This document shows, piece by piece, positions 26,044-37,778 of a DNA stretch of 64,000 nucleotides. The position numbers and the translations under genes were made by a program. The stretch comes from Gammaproteobacteria bacterium (lineage in GTDB: Bacteria > Pseudomonadota > Gammaproteobacteria > Pseudomonadales > UBA5518): positions 559,787 through 623,786 of the forward strand of contig JADIYI010000008.1 in NCBI GenBank assembly GCA_016705365.1. The letters run 5' to 3'. The notes below the pieces were generated by a model. The model saw nothing but the letters and a program-made list of their open reading frames with translations, had not been told where the DNA came from and searched no databases. The stretch's first letter is position 1, and each line of letters begins with the position of its first letter.

Positions 26044-27417
26044 TCAGAAGAAACTGAAGCCGACCTGGAACAGTTTTTCCACCTCTCGCGTGCGGCTCTT
26101 GTCGACCAGGAACAGGATCACGTGGTCACCGCTTTCGACCAGCACGTAACGGTGTGCAATCAGCACCTTCTCGCCGCGCACGATCGCGCCGATGGTCGCT
26201 CCCTCGGGCAGCTTGATCTCGCCAAGGGTTCTGCCCACCACCTTCGAGTTGCTGGCATCGCCGTGGGCGACGATCTCGAGCGCTTCGGCGGCACCGCGTC
26301 GCAGGCGGTAGACGTTGGTCATGTGGCCGCGGCGCACATGTGTCAGCAGGCTGCCGATCGTGACCAGTTGCGGCGATACCGCGATGTCGATATCCACGCC
26401 CTGCACCAGGTCGACGTAGGCGGGATTGCCGATCAGGGTGATGACCTTGGTGGCGCCGAGTCGTTTGGCGAGCAGCGAGGACATGATGTTTATCTCGTCG
26501 TCGTTGGTCAGCGCGCAGAATACATCCGTGTCCTGGATGTTCCCGGAGATCAGCAGCTCGCGATCCGAGGCGCTGCCCTTGAGCGCAATGCCATGGTGCA
26601 GACGTTCGCTCAGCAGGTTGCAACGCTCGGGGTGCATCTCGATGACCTTCACGTTGTAGCGCGACTCGATGGTCTCCGCGAGACGCATGCCGATGTTTCC
26701 GCCACCCGCGATCATCACTCGCCTGTAGGGTTTGTCGGCGCCTCGCATCTCGGCCATGACCTGCAGAATGTGCTCGCGCGCGGCAATGAAAAACACGTCA
26801 TCGTCGGCCTCGATGACGGTGTTGCCTTCGGGGATGATCGGGCGGTTGCGACGAAAGATCGCGGCAACGCGGGTATCGGCCTGCGGCATGCGCTTGCGGA
26901 TTTCGGCCAGCTGTTGCCCGACCATCGGTGCGCCGTGCTGCGCCTTGACCCCGACCAGCCGCACCCTTCCTTCGGCGAAATCGAGCACCTGTAGCGAGCC
27001 CGGCAGGTCGATCAGGCGCTCGACGGCGTTGGTCACCAGCTGCTCGGGGCTGATGATCACATCGATCGGGATCGCTTCCTTGCAGAACAGCGCTCCTTTC
27101 TGGGTATAGGAATGGCTGCGGATGCGCGCAATGCGGGTGGGTGTGCGAAACAGGGTGCAGGCCACCTGGCAGGCGACCATGTTGACCTCGTCGCTGTTGG
27201 TGACGGCAATCAGCATCTCGGCATCCTGGGCGCCGGCCCGCGCCAGCACCCCGGGGTGCGATCCGTGTCCCGATACGGTCCCGATATCGAGACGGTCCTG
27301 CAGTTCGCGCAGCCGATTGCTGTCCTTGTCGATCAGCGTGATGTCGTTTTTCTCGCTGGCGAGATGTTCGGCCAGCGTACCACCCACCTGCCCGGCTCCG
27401 ACGATGATTATCTTCAT
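26044..27417 (-). CDS. trkA: Trk-system potassium uptake protein TrkA (two NAD-binding plus RCK_C modules)
   Basis: MKIIIVGAGQVGGTLAEHL and a second Rossmann motif VMIAGGGNIGMRLA. 457 aa. Confidence 0.95.
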   Translation of the reverse strand: MKIIIVGAGQVGGTLAEHLASEKNDITLIDKDSNRLRELQDRLDIGTVSGHGSHPGVLARAGAQDAEMLIAVTNSDEVNMVACQVACTLFRTPTRIARIRSHSYTQKGALFCKEAIPIDVIISPEQLVTNAVERLIDLPGSLQVLDFAEGRVRLVGVKAQHGAPMVGQQLAEIRKRMPQADTRVAAIFRRNRPIIPEGNTVIEADDDVFFIAAREHILQVMAEMRGADKPYRRVMIAGGGNIGMRLAETIESRYNVKVIEMHPERCNLLSERLHHGIALKGSASDRELLISGNIQDTDVFCALTNDDEINIMSSLLAKRLGATKVITLIGNPAYVDLVQGVDIDIAVSPQLVTIGSLLTHVRRGHMTNVYRLRRGAAEALEIVAHGDASNSKVVGRTLGEIKLPEGATIGAIVRGEKVLIAHRYVLVESGDHVILFLVDKSRTREVEKLFQVGFSFF

Positions 27418-27509
27418 GACGCGAGTGCCTTGTGCCCTGGGAAGTAACGGGGTGAGAACAGTCTATCCATTGACCGGGCGCGATTCAGCCTGAAAATGCC
27501 CCGGGAGTC

Positions 27510-28808
27510 TCAGGCCCCCGTATCCTTGAGCAGGCGCGCGTAATAGAAGCCGTCCTGGGCTCCGCTTGCTGGCAACAACTGACGACCGTGAACGCGGGCG
27601 ATTCCCCAGGGCACATCGATGGGCAGTTCGCGCGCATCGGGCGTGGAACCGAGAAAGGCCGCCACCAGCTGCTCGTTTTCCGTCGGCAGCACCGAGCAGG
27701 TGCAATACAACAGCATGCCGCCCGGCGCCAGGCATGGCCACAAGGCATCGAGGATCCGGCGCTGCAGTGCACTGGCCTCGACGATCTGGCGTGGCGTGCG
27801 CAACATCTTGATATCGGGGTGGCGGCGGATCACGCCACTGCCCGAGCAGGGCGCATCGACCAGGATTCTCCCGAAATGACGACCATCCCACCAGGATGCC
27901 GGCGCCGTAGCATCGGCGCACACCACGTCGGCTCGCAGACCCAGCCGTTGCAGATTCTGTTGTACCCGTTCCAGGCGCGCGGCGCTGTTGTCGAGCGCCA
28001 TCAGCTCGATGCCGCCGCTGCGCTCGAGCAGCTGACAACTCTTGCCACCGGGTGCGGCGCAGGCATCGAGCACGCGCTGTGGGGAATGGCAGTCGAGCAG
28101 ATCGGCGGGCAACTGCGCGGCCTCGTCCTGCACGCTGACCAGCCCGTCGGCGAATCCCGGCAGCGCCATGACATCCACCGCCTGCTCCAGCACCACCGCA
28201 TCGGGTGCAAGCGCGCCGGCACGTGATTGCAGCCCGGCGGCGCGCGCAGTCTCCATCCAGGCCGCGCGCGTGGTACGCGAGCGGTTGATGCGCAGGCTCA
28301 TCGGTGCCGGCTCGTTGTTGGCCTCGATTATCGCGGCATGCTGTTCCGGCCAGGCCTGCGCCAGCGCCTCGTACAGCCAGCGTGGATGGGCGCAACGCTG
28401 CGCGGCATCGAGATTGCGCAGCAGTTCTTCGCCACGTAGCTGGAACTGGCGCAGCACCGCGTTGGTCAGCCCGCCGGCCCACGGCTTTCCGAGCTGCCGG
28501 CAGGCGGCCACGGTCTCGCTCACGGCGGCGTGATCCGGTACCCGCATGTAGCGCATCTGGTAAAGCCCGATCAGCAGCAGCGCATGCACATCGGCATCGC
28601 GGCTCTTGAATGCCTTTTTGAGCAGCTGCACCAACACGCCGTCGAGTTCGAAAAACCGGCGGCAGACACCGAACGCCATCTCGCGCGCCATTGCACGGTC
28701 GCGGCCTTCGAGTTTTCCCGGCGCCTGCGCCAGCGCCTCGTCGAGCGTGAGCCGGGCGGCAATGACCAGTGCCAGTGCCCTGGCTGCCGAACTGCGTGGC
28801 GAGCTCAC
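27510..28808 (-). CDS. rsmB: 16S rRNA (cytosine967-C5)-methyltransferase
   Basis: GTG 28808 overlaps the fmt stop (GTGA). NusB-like N-terminal domain. SAM-MTase motifs DACAAPGGKS, ILVDAPCSGSGVIRRHPD, LLYCTCS. The ORF-track start at 29021 is rejected. Confidence 0.9.
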   Translation of the reverse strand: MSSPRSSAARALALVIAARLTLDEALAQAPGKLEGRDRAMAREMAFGVCRRFFELDGVLVQLLKKAFKSRDADVHALLLIGLYQMRYMRVPDHAAVSETVAACRQLGKPWAGGLTNAVLRQFQLRGEELLRNLDAAQRCAHPRWLYEALAQAWPEQHAAIIEANNEPAPMSLRINRSRTTRAAWMETARAAGLQSRAGALAPDAVVLEQAVDVMALPGFADGLVSVQDEAAQLPADLLDCHSPQRVLDACAAPGGKSCQLLERSGGIELMALDNSAARLERVQQNLQRLGLRADVVCADATAPASWWDGRHFGRILVDAPCSGSGVIRRHPDIKMLRTPRQIVEASALQRRILDALWPCLAPGGMLLYCTCSVLPTENEQLVAAFLGSTPDARELPIDVPWGIARVHGRQLLPASGAQDGFYYARLLKDTGA

Positions 28809-29782
28809 ACGGTTGCGCCGCCAAGCACGGTTCCGGGACGAAACCACTCGCCGCGTCCGTTGAGCAGCGCGGGGACGTCCATGACCTTGCCACCGGCAAG
28901 TTGCAGTCGCTGCAGTCGCAGCGCGTCCTTGCCACAGGCGACCAGGATTCCGTCGCGGCCACTTTGCAGCACGGTGCCCGGCGCCCCGCCGAGCGAGGGG
29001 GTTTCGGCGCTTGCCTGCCATACCCGCAGCACCTGGTCCGCGACGGTGGTGTGACAGACGTTCAGCGGATTGAACGCGCGTACCCGGCGCTCCAGCGTCT
29101 GCGCATCGGCATGCCAGTCGATCAGCGACTCATCACGGTGCAGCTTGTTGGCATAGGTAGCCAGGGAGTCATCCTGCGCAAGCGCTTGGCTGCGCCCGCC
29201 GAACAGCTCCTCCAGCGCCTCGACGAGCGCGGCGGCTCCGAGCGTGCCAAGCCGATCGCGCAAGGTGCCACCGGTGTCGTGGGCACCGATCGGACAGCGG
29301 CGCACCAGCAGCAACGCACCGGTATCGAGGCCTTCGTTCATCTGCATGATGGTCACGCCCGTCTCGTGATCCCCGGCCTCGATGGCACGCTCTATCGGCG
29401 CCGCTCCACGCCAGCGTGGCAGGATCGAGGCGTGCACATTGATACAGCCGAGGCGCGGAATCGACAGCACCGCCGCAGGCAGAATCAGGCCATAGGCCGC
29501 AACGATCAACAGATCGGGTTGCAGTTCCGCGAGCCCGGCCCGGGCCGCCGGATCACGCAGCGAGGCCGGCTGATGAACCGGCAGACCGCGCTCGAGCGCC
29601 AGCCGCTTGACCGGCGAATGCAGCAACTGCCGGCCCCGCCCGGCCGGGCGATCGGGCTGGGTAAATACCGCGCTGATCGGATACGCGGTGTGTTCGAGCA
29701 GTGCGCGCAGGATCTGCTCGGCGAATTCCGGAGTTCCGGCAAAGACGATGCGCGGTGGGTTCACCGAAGCGGGGCGGCCCAT
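28805..29782 (-). CDS. fmt: Methionyl-tRNA formyltransferase
   Basis: ATG 29782. RIVFAGTPEFAEQILRALL, NVHASILPRWRGAAPIERAI. Confidence 0.95.
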   Translation of the reverse strand: MGRPASVNPPRIVFAGTPEFAEQILRALLEHTAYPISAVFTQPDRPAGRGRQLLHSPVKRLALERGLPVHQPASLRDPAARAGLAELQPDLLIVAAYGLILPAAVLSIPRLGCINVHASILPRWRGAAPIERAIEAGDHETGVTIMQMNEGLDTGALLLVRRCPIGAHDTGGTLRDRLGTLGAAALVEALEELFGGRSQALAQDDSLATYANKLHRDESLIDWHADAQTLERRVRAFNPLNVCHTTVADQVLRVWQASAETPSLGGAPGTVLQSGRDGILVACGKDALRLQRLQLAGGKVMDVPALLNGRGEWFRPGTVLGGATV

Positions 29783-29787
29783 CGGGT

Positions 29788-30294
29788 TCAGGCCGGCTGA
29801 CGCTGAAGTTTTTCGAGCTTGCCGCGAATCCGCTGACGCTTCAGTGCCGACAGGTAATCGACGAAAAGCTTGCCGTTCAGGTGATCGAGCTCGTGTTGAA
29901 TGCACACGGCCAACAGGCCGTCGGGGTGCAACTCGAAGGGCTGCCCGTGGCGATCGAGTGCGTTGACGATGATGTTCTCCGGACGCATCACCGCTTCCTG
30001 GAAGCCGGGTACCGACAGGCAGCCTTCGACATACTCGCGCAGTTCACCCTCCAGCACCTGCACCTTGGGGTTGATGAACACGAGCGGCTGGCTGTCGTCT
30101 TCCGAAATATCCATCACCACCACGCGCTTGTGCACGTTGACCTGGGTTGCGGCCAGCCCGATCCCGGGGGCGGCATACATGGTCTCGAACATGTCGTCGA
30201 TCAATTGGCGGATGCTGGCATCGACTTGTCGCACCGGCGCCGCGATGGTACGCAGCCGGGGGTCCGGAAACTCGAGTATGTTCAGAATGCTCAT
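29788..30294 (-). CDS. def: Peptide deformylase
   Basis: ATG 30294. [26 protein letters not shown] motifs. Confidence 0.95.
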   Translation of the reverse strand: MSILNILEFPDPRLRTIAAPVRQVDASIRQLIDDMFETMYAAPGIGLAATQVNVHKRVVVMDISEDDSQPLVFINPKVQVLEGELREYVEGCLSVPGFQEAVMRPENIIVNALDRHGQPFELHPDGLLAVCIQHELDHLNGKLFVDYLSALKRQRIRGKLEKLQRQPA

Positions 30295-30490
30295 AAATCT
30301 GCCCCTGATTCTGGCTCCGCCAGCCCTGTCGCGTGACCGCGCTCGCGATGGCGGCACACAGTATAAAGGTCCAATGCGTCACGCGCAGGCTAATGGCCGC
30401 TTTGGCTATACGCATTTTGCCCAGCTTTGACTACACTTTGGCCAAGCCGTTTCCCATGGCGGGGCGGTCGATGTTCGAAAGGACCAAGCG

Positions 30491-31522
30491 ATGAATAAAT
30501 TTTTGCTCGGAATCTTGGCCTGCGCGGTGCTGGCTCTGCAGGCAATGGCCGCGGATCCGGTGGCGCTCCGATCGGACCATCCGGATGAGTACGTGGTCAA
30601 GCGGGGCGATACGCTGTGGGATATATCGGGGCGCTTCCTGGAGAAGCCGTGGCTTTGGCCCGAAATCTGGCAGGTGAACCCGCAGATTGCCAATCCGCAC
30701 CTGATCTATCCGGGTGATCGACTCAGCCTCATCTACGTCGACGGGCGTCCCTGGCTGGCGCTCAATCGTGGCGTCGGTGGTGTGGTCAAGCTCAGCCCCG
30801 AAGTGCGCTCCAGCGCGCTCGATAACGCGATCCCGGCCATCCCGCTCGAGGAAATCAATGCCTTTCTGACCCGCAGCCGCATCGTCGGGAGCACCGAGCT
30901 CGATGAGGCGCCGTATGTGCTGGCGGGTGCCGGCGGTCACGTGGTGACCGGCGCCGGTGACAATCTTTATGCGCGCGGAGGCAGTTTCCCGCCCGGTGAG
31001 CGCAGTTTCGGTATTTTCCGGGCCGGGCAGGTGTTCGTTGACCCGGTGACGAACGAGTTGCTTGGCAAGGAAGCGGTCGAGATCGGTGCCGTCAAGATGA
31101 CGGATCTCGAGAGCGGCATGGCGACCCTGGCCGTGAACAAGAGCAACGAGGAGATTCGCGCCGGTGATCGCCTGCTGCCGATGGTCGAGCAGAAGATTAC
31201 CGCGACTTTCTTCCCGAGTGCACCGGAGTCCGAAATCTCCGGTGTAATCCTGGCCGTTGAAGGCGGCGTCACGCAAATCGGTCATCTGGATGTAGTTGCG
31301 ATCAATCGCGGCGCGCGCGAGGGTCTGAAAGAGGGTAACGTGCTGGAAATCAGCAAGCGCGGTGGAATGGTGAACGACCCGGTGACCAATGAGGCGGTGC
31401 AATTGCCCGCTACCCGTGCCGGGTTGCTGATGGTTTTCCGCACTTTCGAAAAGATGAGCTACGGTCTGATATTGCATGCGACGCAACCACTCGCGGTGAT
31501 GGATACCGTCGCCAACCCATGA
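30491..31522 (+). CDS. tsaP: LysM-domain periplasmic protein, TsaP-like
   Basis: Signal peptide. LysM motif YVVKRGDTLWDISGRFLEKPWLWPEIWQVNPQIANPHLIYPGDRLSL. The def-divergent, dprA-upstream position matches what I recall from Pseudomonas and Neisseria. Confidence 0.65.
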   Translation: MNKFLLGILACAVLALQAMAADPVALRSDHPDEYVVKRGDTLWDISGRFLEKPWLWPEIWQVNPQIANPHLIYPGDRLSLIYVDGRPWLALNRGVGGVVKLSPEVRSSALDNAIPAIPLEEINAFLTRSRIVGSTELDEAPYVLAGAGGHVVTGAGDNLYARGGSFPPGERSFGIFRAGQVFVDPVTNELLGKEAVEIGAVKMTDLESGMATLAVNKSNEEIRAGDRLLPMVEQKITATFFPSAPESEISGVILAVEGGVTQIGHLDVVAINRGAREGLKEGNVLEISKRGGMVNDPVTNEAVQLPATRAGLLMVFRTFEKMSYGLILHATQPLAVMDTVANP

Positions 31523-31604
31523 ATCGAGGGAGCCCCACCCGGGGCTCCGACGCTTGAATGGCCGGCAGGATGCTGGCTGAAACCGACGGCAGGGAGGCCG
31601 TGTC

Positions 31605-32729
31605 ATGCTCGAAGCTGAAATCTGCAATCACCTGAGTTTACTGGCGCTGCCCGGTGCGGGAGCCGTCAGCGTGCTGCGTTTGCTGCGCACCGGTGGTTCG
31701 GCGTCCGCCGCGCTGGAACTCGATGCGCCAGCGCTGCAGGCGCTGGGCTTGCGCGGCGAGACCATCGCGGCGCTGCTGACGTTGCGCGGCATGCCCGACC
31801 CCGCCTCCAGTGCGCCCTGCGCCTGGCTGGTGCGCAACGAGGTCGAGCTGATCAGCGTGAACGATCCCCGCTATCCACCACTGCTCGCCGCCATTGCCTG
31901 CCCGCCACCGGTGTTGTTCGTGCAGGGGGATCCCGCGCTGTTGCTGCAGCCCCAGGTCGCGATGGTGGGCAGCCGCCGGCCGACGCCCAGTGGGCGCGAA
32001 GCCGCACGCACAATTGCCGGCGAGCTATCGAAGTATGGGCTTACTATCACCAGCGGGCTTGCCATTGGAATAGACGCAGAAAGCCATGAGGGCGCGTTGA
32101 GGGGCGGTGGGCATACTGTCGCGGTAATGGGTACGGGTTCCGACCAGATCTACCCGACGCGTCATCGCGGCCTGGCCGCACGGATCCTGGCAGACGGCGG
32201 AGCGCTGGTCAGCGAGTTTGCGCCGGGTGCTCGCCTGGAGCCGGCGAACTTTCCGCGCCGCAACCGCATCATCAGCGGACTCAGCCTCGGTGTGCTGGTG
32301 GTCGAGGCGGCACTGCCCAGCGGTTCGCTGCTGACCGCGCGTTATGCCGGTGAGCAGAACCGCGAAGTCATGGCGGTACCTGGACCGATACGCAGCCCCG
32401 TCAGCCGTGGCTGCCATGAACTGCTGCGCCAGGGCGCTGCCCTGGTCGAGGGAGCCGACGATGTGCTGGCAGCGCTGGGTGATCGCTTCCGCCCGCTGCT
32501 GGGTTCGGACCGGATCGCCGCCGCAACCAGCACCACGGTGCTGCCCCCCGGGTCGTTGTCCGCGGAGGAGCGACGCGTGCTCGATGCGACCGGGTACGAA
32601 GTTACCACGCTCGACACGGTGAGCGAACGCGCAGGCCTGAGTGCCGCTGCGGTCGGCGCTGCCGTCACCCGGCTGGAATTGCGCGGCCTGATCGTAGCCT
32701 GTGTGGGCGGGTACGCCCGTGCGCCCTAG
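31605..32729 (+). CDS. dprA: DNA-processing protein DprA (Smf)
   Basis: AGGGAGG 7 nt upstream. [13 protein letters not shown]...[16 protein letters not shown]...[13 protein letters not shown]. Confidence 0.9.
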   Translation: MLEAEICNHLSLLALPGAGAVSVLRLLRTGGSASAALELDAPALQALGLRGETIAALLTLRGMPDPASSAPCAWLVRNEVELISVNDPRYPPLLAAIACPPPVLFVQGDPALLLQPQVAMVGSRRPTPSGREAARTIAGELSKYGLTITSGLAIGIDAESHEGALRGGGHTVAVMGTGSDQIYPTRHRGLAARILADGGALVSEFAPGARLEPANFPRRNRIISGLSLGVLVVEAALPSGSLLTARYAGEQNREVMAVPGPIRSPVSRGCHELLRQGAALVEGADDVLAALGDRFRPLLGSDRIAAATSTTVLPPGSLSAEERRVLDATGYEVTTLDTVSERAGLSAAAVGAAVTRLELRGLIVACVGGYARAP

Positions 32730-32836
32730 TCCGCGCCAGGAGCCTGTCGAACCCGGCAGGCTGCCGAGGGTCCGCTTGTGGAGTCCGGGTTATTGCTGTA
32801 AGTTTTCGCCCCTTTTTTGCTTGCCGAGGTATCACG

Positions 32837-33343
32837 ATGAACCAGCCGTTCGTCGCCGTGTTGATGGGTTCGGATTCCGATCTGCCGGTCATGGAAGCGG
32901 CCTTCACTACGCTCAAGGCACTTGGCATAGCGCTCGAGGCGCGGGTCACGTCCGCACACCGGACGCCGGCCGCGACAATCGAGTATGTCCAAGACGCCGA
33001 TCGGCGTGGCTGCGGGGTATTCATCGCCGCCGCCGGCATGGCCGCGCATCTTGCCGGGGCCGTTGCCGCCAATACCGTGAAGCCGGTCATCGGGGTACCA
33101 ATCGGTACCTCTCTCGAGGGGCTCGACGCGCTTTTGTCCACCGTGCAGATGCCGGGCGGGATACCGGTTGCGACGGTTGCCATCGGCAAGGCAGGCGCCA
33201 AGAATGCCGCCTATCTCGCGGCGCAAATCCTGGCACTCGGCGATGCCGCGCTGGCGGCGCGCCTGGTCGCGGATCGGGACGCCAATTCCACGGCGCTGGC
33301 CGGGAAGAACCGGGCGCTACAGGAGCGCCTGAAGGAACTGTGA
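32837..33343 (+). CDS. purE: N5-carboxyaminoimidazole ribonucleotide mutase (class I PurE)
   Basis: [22 protein letters not shown] (class I signature), [16 protein letters not shown]. Confidence 0.9.
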   Translation: MNQPFVAVLMGSDSDLPVMEAAFTTLKALGIALEARVTSAHRTPAATIEYVQDADRRGCGVFIAAAGMAAHLAGAVAANTVKPVIGVPIGTSLEGLDALLSTVQMPGGIPVATVAIGKAGAKNAAYLAAQILALGDAALAARLVADRDANSTALAGKNRALQERLKEL

Positions 33344-33906
33344 CCGCGCCCGGTCCGCAGCAGCTTGACCGGGCCGTCAGCGTGTTGCGCGCGGGCGGCG
33401 TGATCGCCTGCGCTACCGAGGGAGTCTGGGGACTTGCCTGCGATCCCGGCAACGAGGCAGCGGTGCGACGCATTCTGGCGCTGAAAGGCCGCGAGGCGGA
33501 CAAGGGGCTGATTCTGGTTGCGGGCGGACTCGCGCAGGTAGAGTCCTGTTTGCGCCATGTTCCGGCTGACAGGCTGGCCGAGATTCATGACAGCTGGCCC
33601 GGTCCCGTCACCTGGATCGTGCCGCATCACGGCGAACTGCCGGTGTGGATTACCGGCGCACACCCGGGAGTGGCGATTAGAGTAAGCGATCACTTGCAGC
33701 TTAGGGCGCTCTGTCTTGGTTTTGGTGGTGCAATCGTATCGACTTCCGCCAATCCGCAGGGCATGGCGCCGGCGCGCAGTGCGCAGACGGTACGACGCTA
33801 TTTCGGGGACCGGATCGATTATCTGCTCCCGGGTGCGCTCGGCGGGCGCCGCAAGCCGAGTGAAATCCGCGATGCGCTGAGCGGCCGGATTCTGCGCCCC
33901 GGTTAA
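33340..33906 (+). CDS. tsaC: Threonylcarbamoyl-AMP synthase (YrdC/RimN type)
   Basis: GTG 33340 overlaps the purE stop (GTGA). [40 protein letters not shown]. The N-terminal 213 codons of the 401-aa track ORF overlap purE out of frame and are rejected. Confidence 0.85.
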   Translation: MTAPGPQQLDRAVSVLRAGGVIACATEGVWGLACDPGNEAAVRRILALKGREADKGLILVAGGLAQVESCLRHVPADRLAEIHDSWPGPVTWIVPHHGELPVWITGAHPGVAIRVSDHLQLRALCLGFGGAIVSTSANPQGMAPARSAQTVRRYFGDRIDYLLPGALGGRRKPSEIRDALSGRILRPG

Positions 33907-36127
<2,221 letters not shown>

Positions 36128-36131
<4 letters not shown>

Positions 36132-36349
36132 ACAGCCTGCGACGATTCATTGCGGGAGCCGTTTGTCCGGCCTGCAAGCTGCAGGACAAGCTCTTCGTTT
36201 ACGTGCTCGAGGACAGCAATGTCTGCGAATGCGTTGCCTGCGGGTTTCGCGACGCCCAGAGCCGCACGGCCGACCCGGGAAGCGAGGAATATCAACGTCG
36301 CCTGGGTGGCACAACGGATACGGCTGTGGTGCGGATCGTGGAGCCCTGA
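36128..36349 (+). CDS. YheV-like zinc-ribbon protein (DUF2387)
   Basis: ATGA overlap with the aroE::GNAT stop. CPACKLQDKL...CECVACGF gives two CxxC pairs. 73 aa. Confidence 0.6.
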
Positions 36350-36428
36350 TTCGCCGCAGGGCTGCGCCAAACGATATGCCCCCACAAAAAAGTCCACCCG
36401 GGGGGTTCTCGCGCCAACGAGAATGAAT

Positions 36429-36437
36429 TGTTATACT
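36429..36437 (+). promoter_or_regulatory. Extended -10 element TGTTATACT upstream of coxB
   Basis: TGnTATACT lies 172 nt upstream of the coxB ATG. It is preceded by the inverted repeat TTCTCG-N6-CGAGAA (36406-36423). Confidence 0.3.
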
Positions 36438-36608
36438 CCCAGCGTGGTGCCGCGCGTGCGATGCCGCTGGAGCGCGATCCAGCGTGGTTCCGACCGAGCA
36501 AGACCTTGTTCAGCGCCAGCCAGAAATCTTGTCAGCGACCTTCCGGTCGTTGGTTGAATACGCCCGCCTGCCGGGGCAAATACCTACAATACGGGAGATT
36601 GAGGAGAC

Positions 36609-37763
36609 ATGTTGCGAGCAGCCAAACGACTCCGCCTGATGTCCTCCGCCACCTTCGGTACAGCCTGTTCGATGGCCAGTGCCAGCCTGATGGCGGAAGA
36701 GGTTGCGCGATCATCGGTCAACATGAGCCAGGGAGCGACGGAAGTCAGCCACAAGATTTACGCACTGCACATGTATTCGCTGTGGCTCTGCGTGCTCATC
36801 GGCGTAGTGGTGTTTGCGGTGATGTTCTATTCGATTTTCGCACACCGGAAATCGCGCGGCGCGGTAGCGGCACAGTTCCACGAGAGTACCAAACTCGAGG
36901 TCATGTGGACCCTGGTTCCGTTCGTGATCCTGATTACATTGGCGGTACCGGCGACCTCGACGCTGCTCGAAATCTACGATGCCGACGACGCCGGTCTCGA
37001 TGTGATGATCACCGGTTATCAATGGAAGTGGAAATACGAATATCTCGGGCAGGGCGTGAGCTTTTTTTCCAACCTGCGCACTACCGACGATGAAATTCAC
37101 AACAAGGCGCCCAAGGGTGAACACTACCTGCTCGAGGTTGACGAGCCGCTGGTCATCCCGGTCGGGACGAAGGTGCGGTTCCTGATAACCTCCGCGGACG
37201 TGATCCACTCGTGGTGGGTTCCGCAGCTGGCGGTCAAGAAGGACGCAATTCCCGGCTTCGTCAACGCGTCGTGGACCCGCATTCCCGAACCCGGTATCTA
37301 CCGTGGCCAGTGTGCCGAGTTGTGCGGCAAGAACCACGGTTTCATGCCGATCGTGGTCAGTGCGGTTGCGCAAGACGAATTCAAGGATTGGCTGGCGCAG
37401 CGCAAGGTGGAAGCCGAGCAGGAGCGCACACTGATGGCTCAGACCTTCACGATGGACGAATTGATGGCGCGGGGTGAAGCGGTTTACACCAAGACTTGCG
37501 CTGCCTGTCATATGCCGACCGGCATGGGCGTACCCGGTGCATTCCCCGCGCTGAAAGGCAGCGCCATCGCGACCGGTCCGCTGGACGGGCATCTCGATAT
37601 CGTCGTCAACGGCAAGCAGGGCACCGCGATGGCGGCGTTCGGCGCGCAGTTCAACGAGATCGACCTCGCTGCGGTCATCACCTACGAACGCAACAGCTGG
37701 GGCAACAACATGGGTGACATGTTGCAGCCGATCGATGTTGCCAAGTTCAAGAAAGCCAAGTAA
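36609..37763 (+). CDS. coxB: Cytochrome c oxidase (aa3-type) subunit II with C-terminal cytochrome c domain
   Basis: GAGGAG RBS. CuA site HSWWVP...CAELCGKNHGFM. Heme c motif CAACHMP. Confidence 0.95.
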   Translation: MLRAAKRLRLMSSATFGTACSMASASLMAEEVARSSVNMSQGATEVSHKIYALHMYSLWLCVLIGVVVFAVMFYSIFAHRKSRGAVAAQFHESTKLEVMWTLVPFVILITLAVPATSTLLEIYDADDAGLDVMITGYQWKWKYEYLGQGVSFFSNLRTTDDEIHNKAPKGEHYLLEVDEPLVIPVGTKVRFLITSADVIHSWWVPQLAVKKDAIPGFVNASWTRIPEPGIYRGQCAELCGKNHGFMPIVVSAVAQDEFKDWLAQRKVEAEQERTLMAQTFTMDELMARGEAVYTKTCAACHMPTGMGVPGAFPALKGSAIATGPLDGHLDIVVNGKQGTAMAAFGAQFNEIDLAAVITYERNSWGNNMGDMLQPIDVAKFKKAK

Positions 37764-37778
37764 TTCAGGAGCCACGCC

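Noticed and set aside
27463-28962. 499-aa alternate-frame ORF within rsmB
   Set aside because: It is on the same strand but in a different frame from the rsmB sequence that carries the SAM-methyltransferase motifs. The product is Arg/Ala-rich with no motif.
30402-30419. Sigma-54-like TGGC...TTGC element in the def / LysM-protein intergenic region
   Set aside because: The GG-to-GC spacing is about 3 nt longer than the strict -24/-12 geometry, and the flanking consensus bases are missing.
32701-33339. First 213 codons of the 401-aa track ORF preceding tsaC
   Set aside because: It overlaps purE out of frame with a nonsense-like composition. TsaC homology starts at GTG 33340, which overlaps the purE stop.
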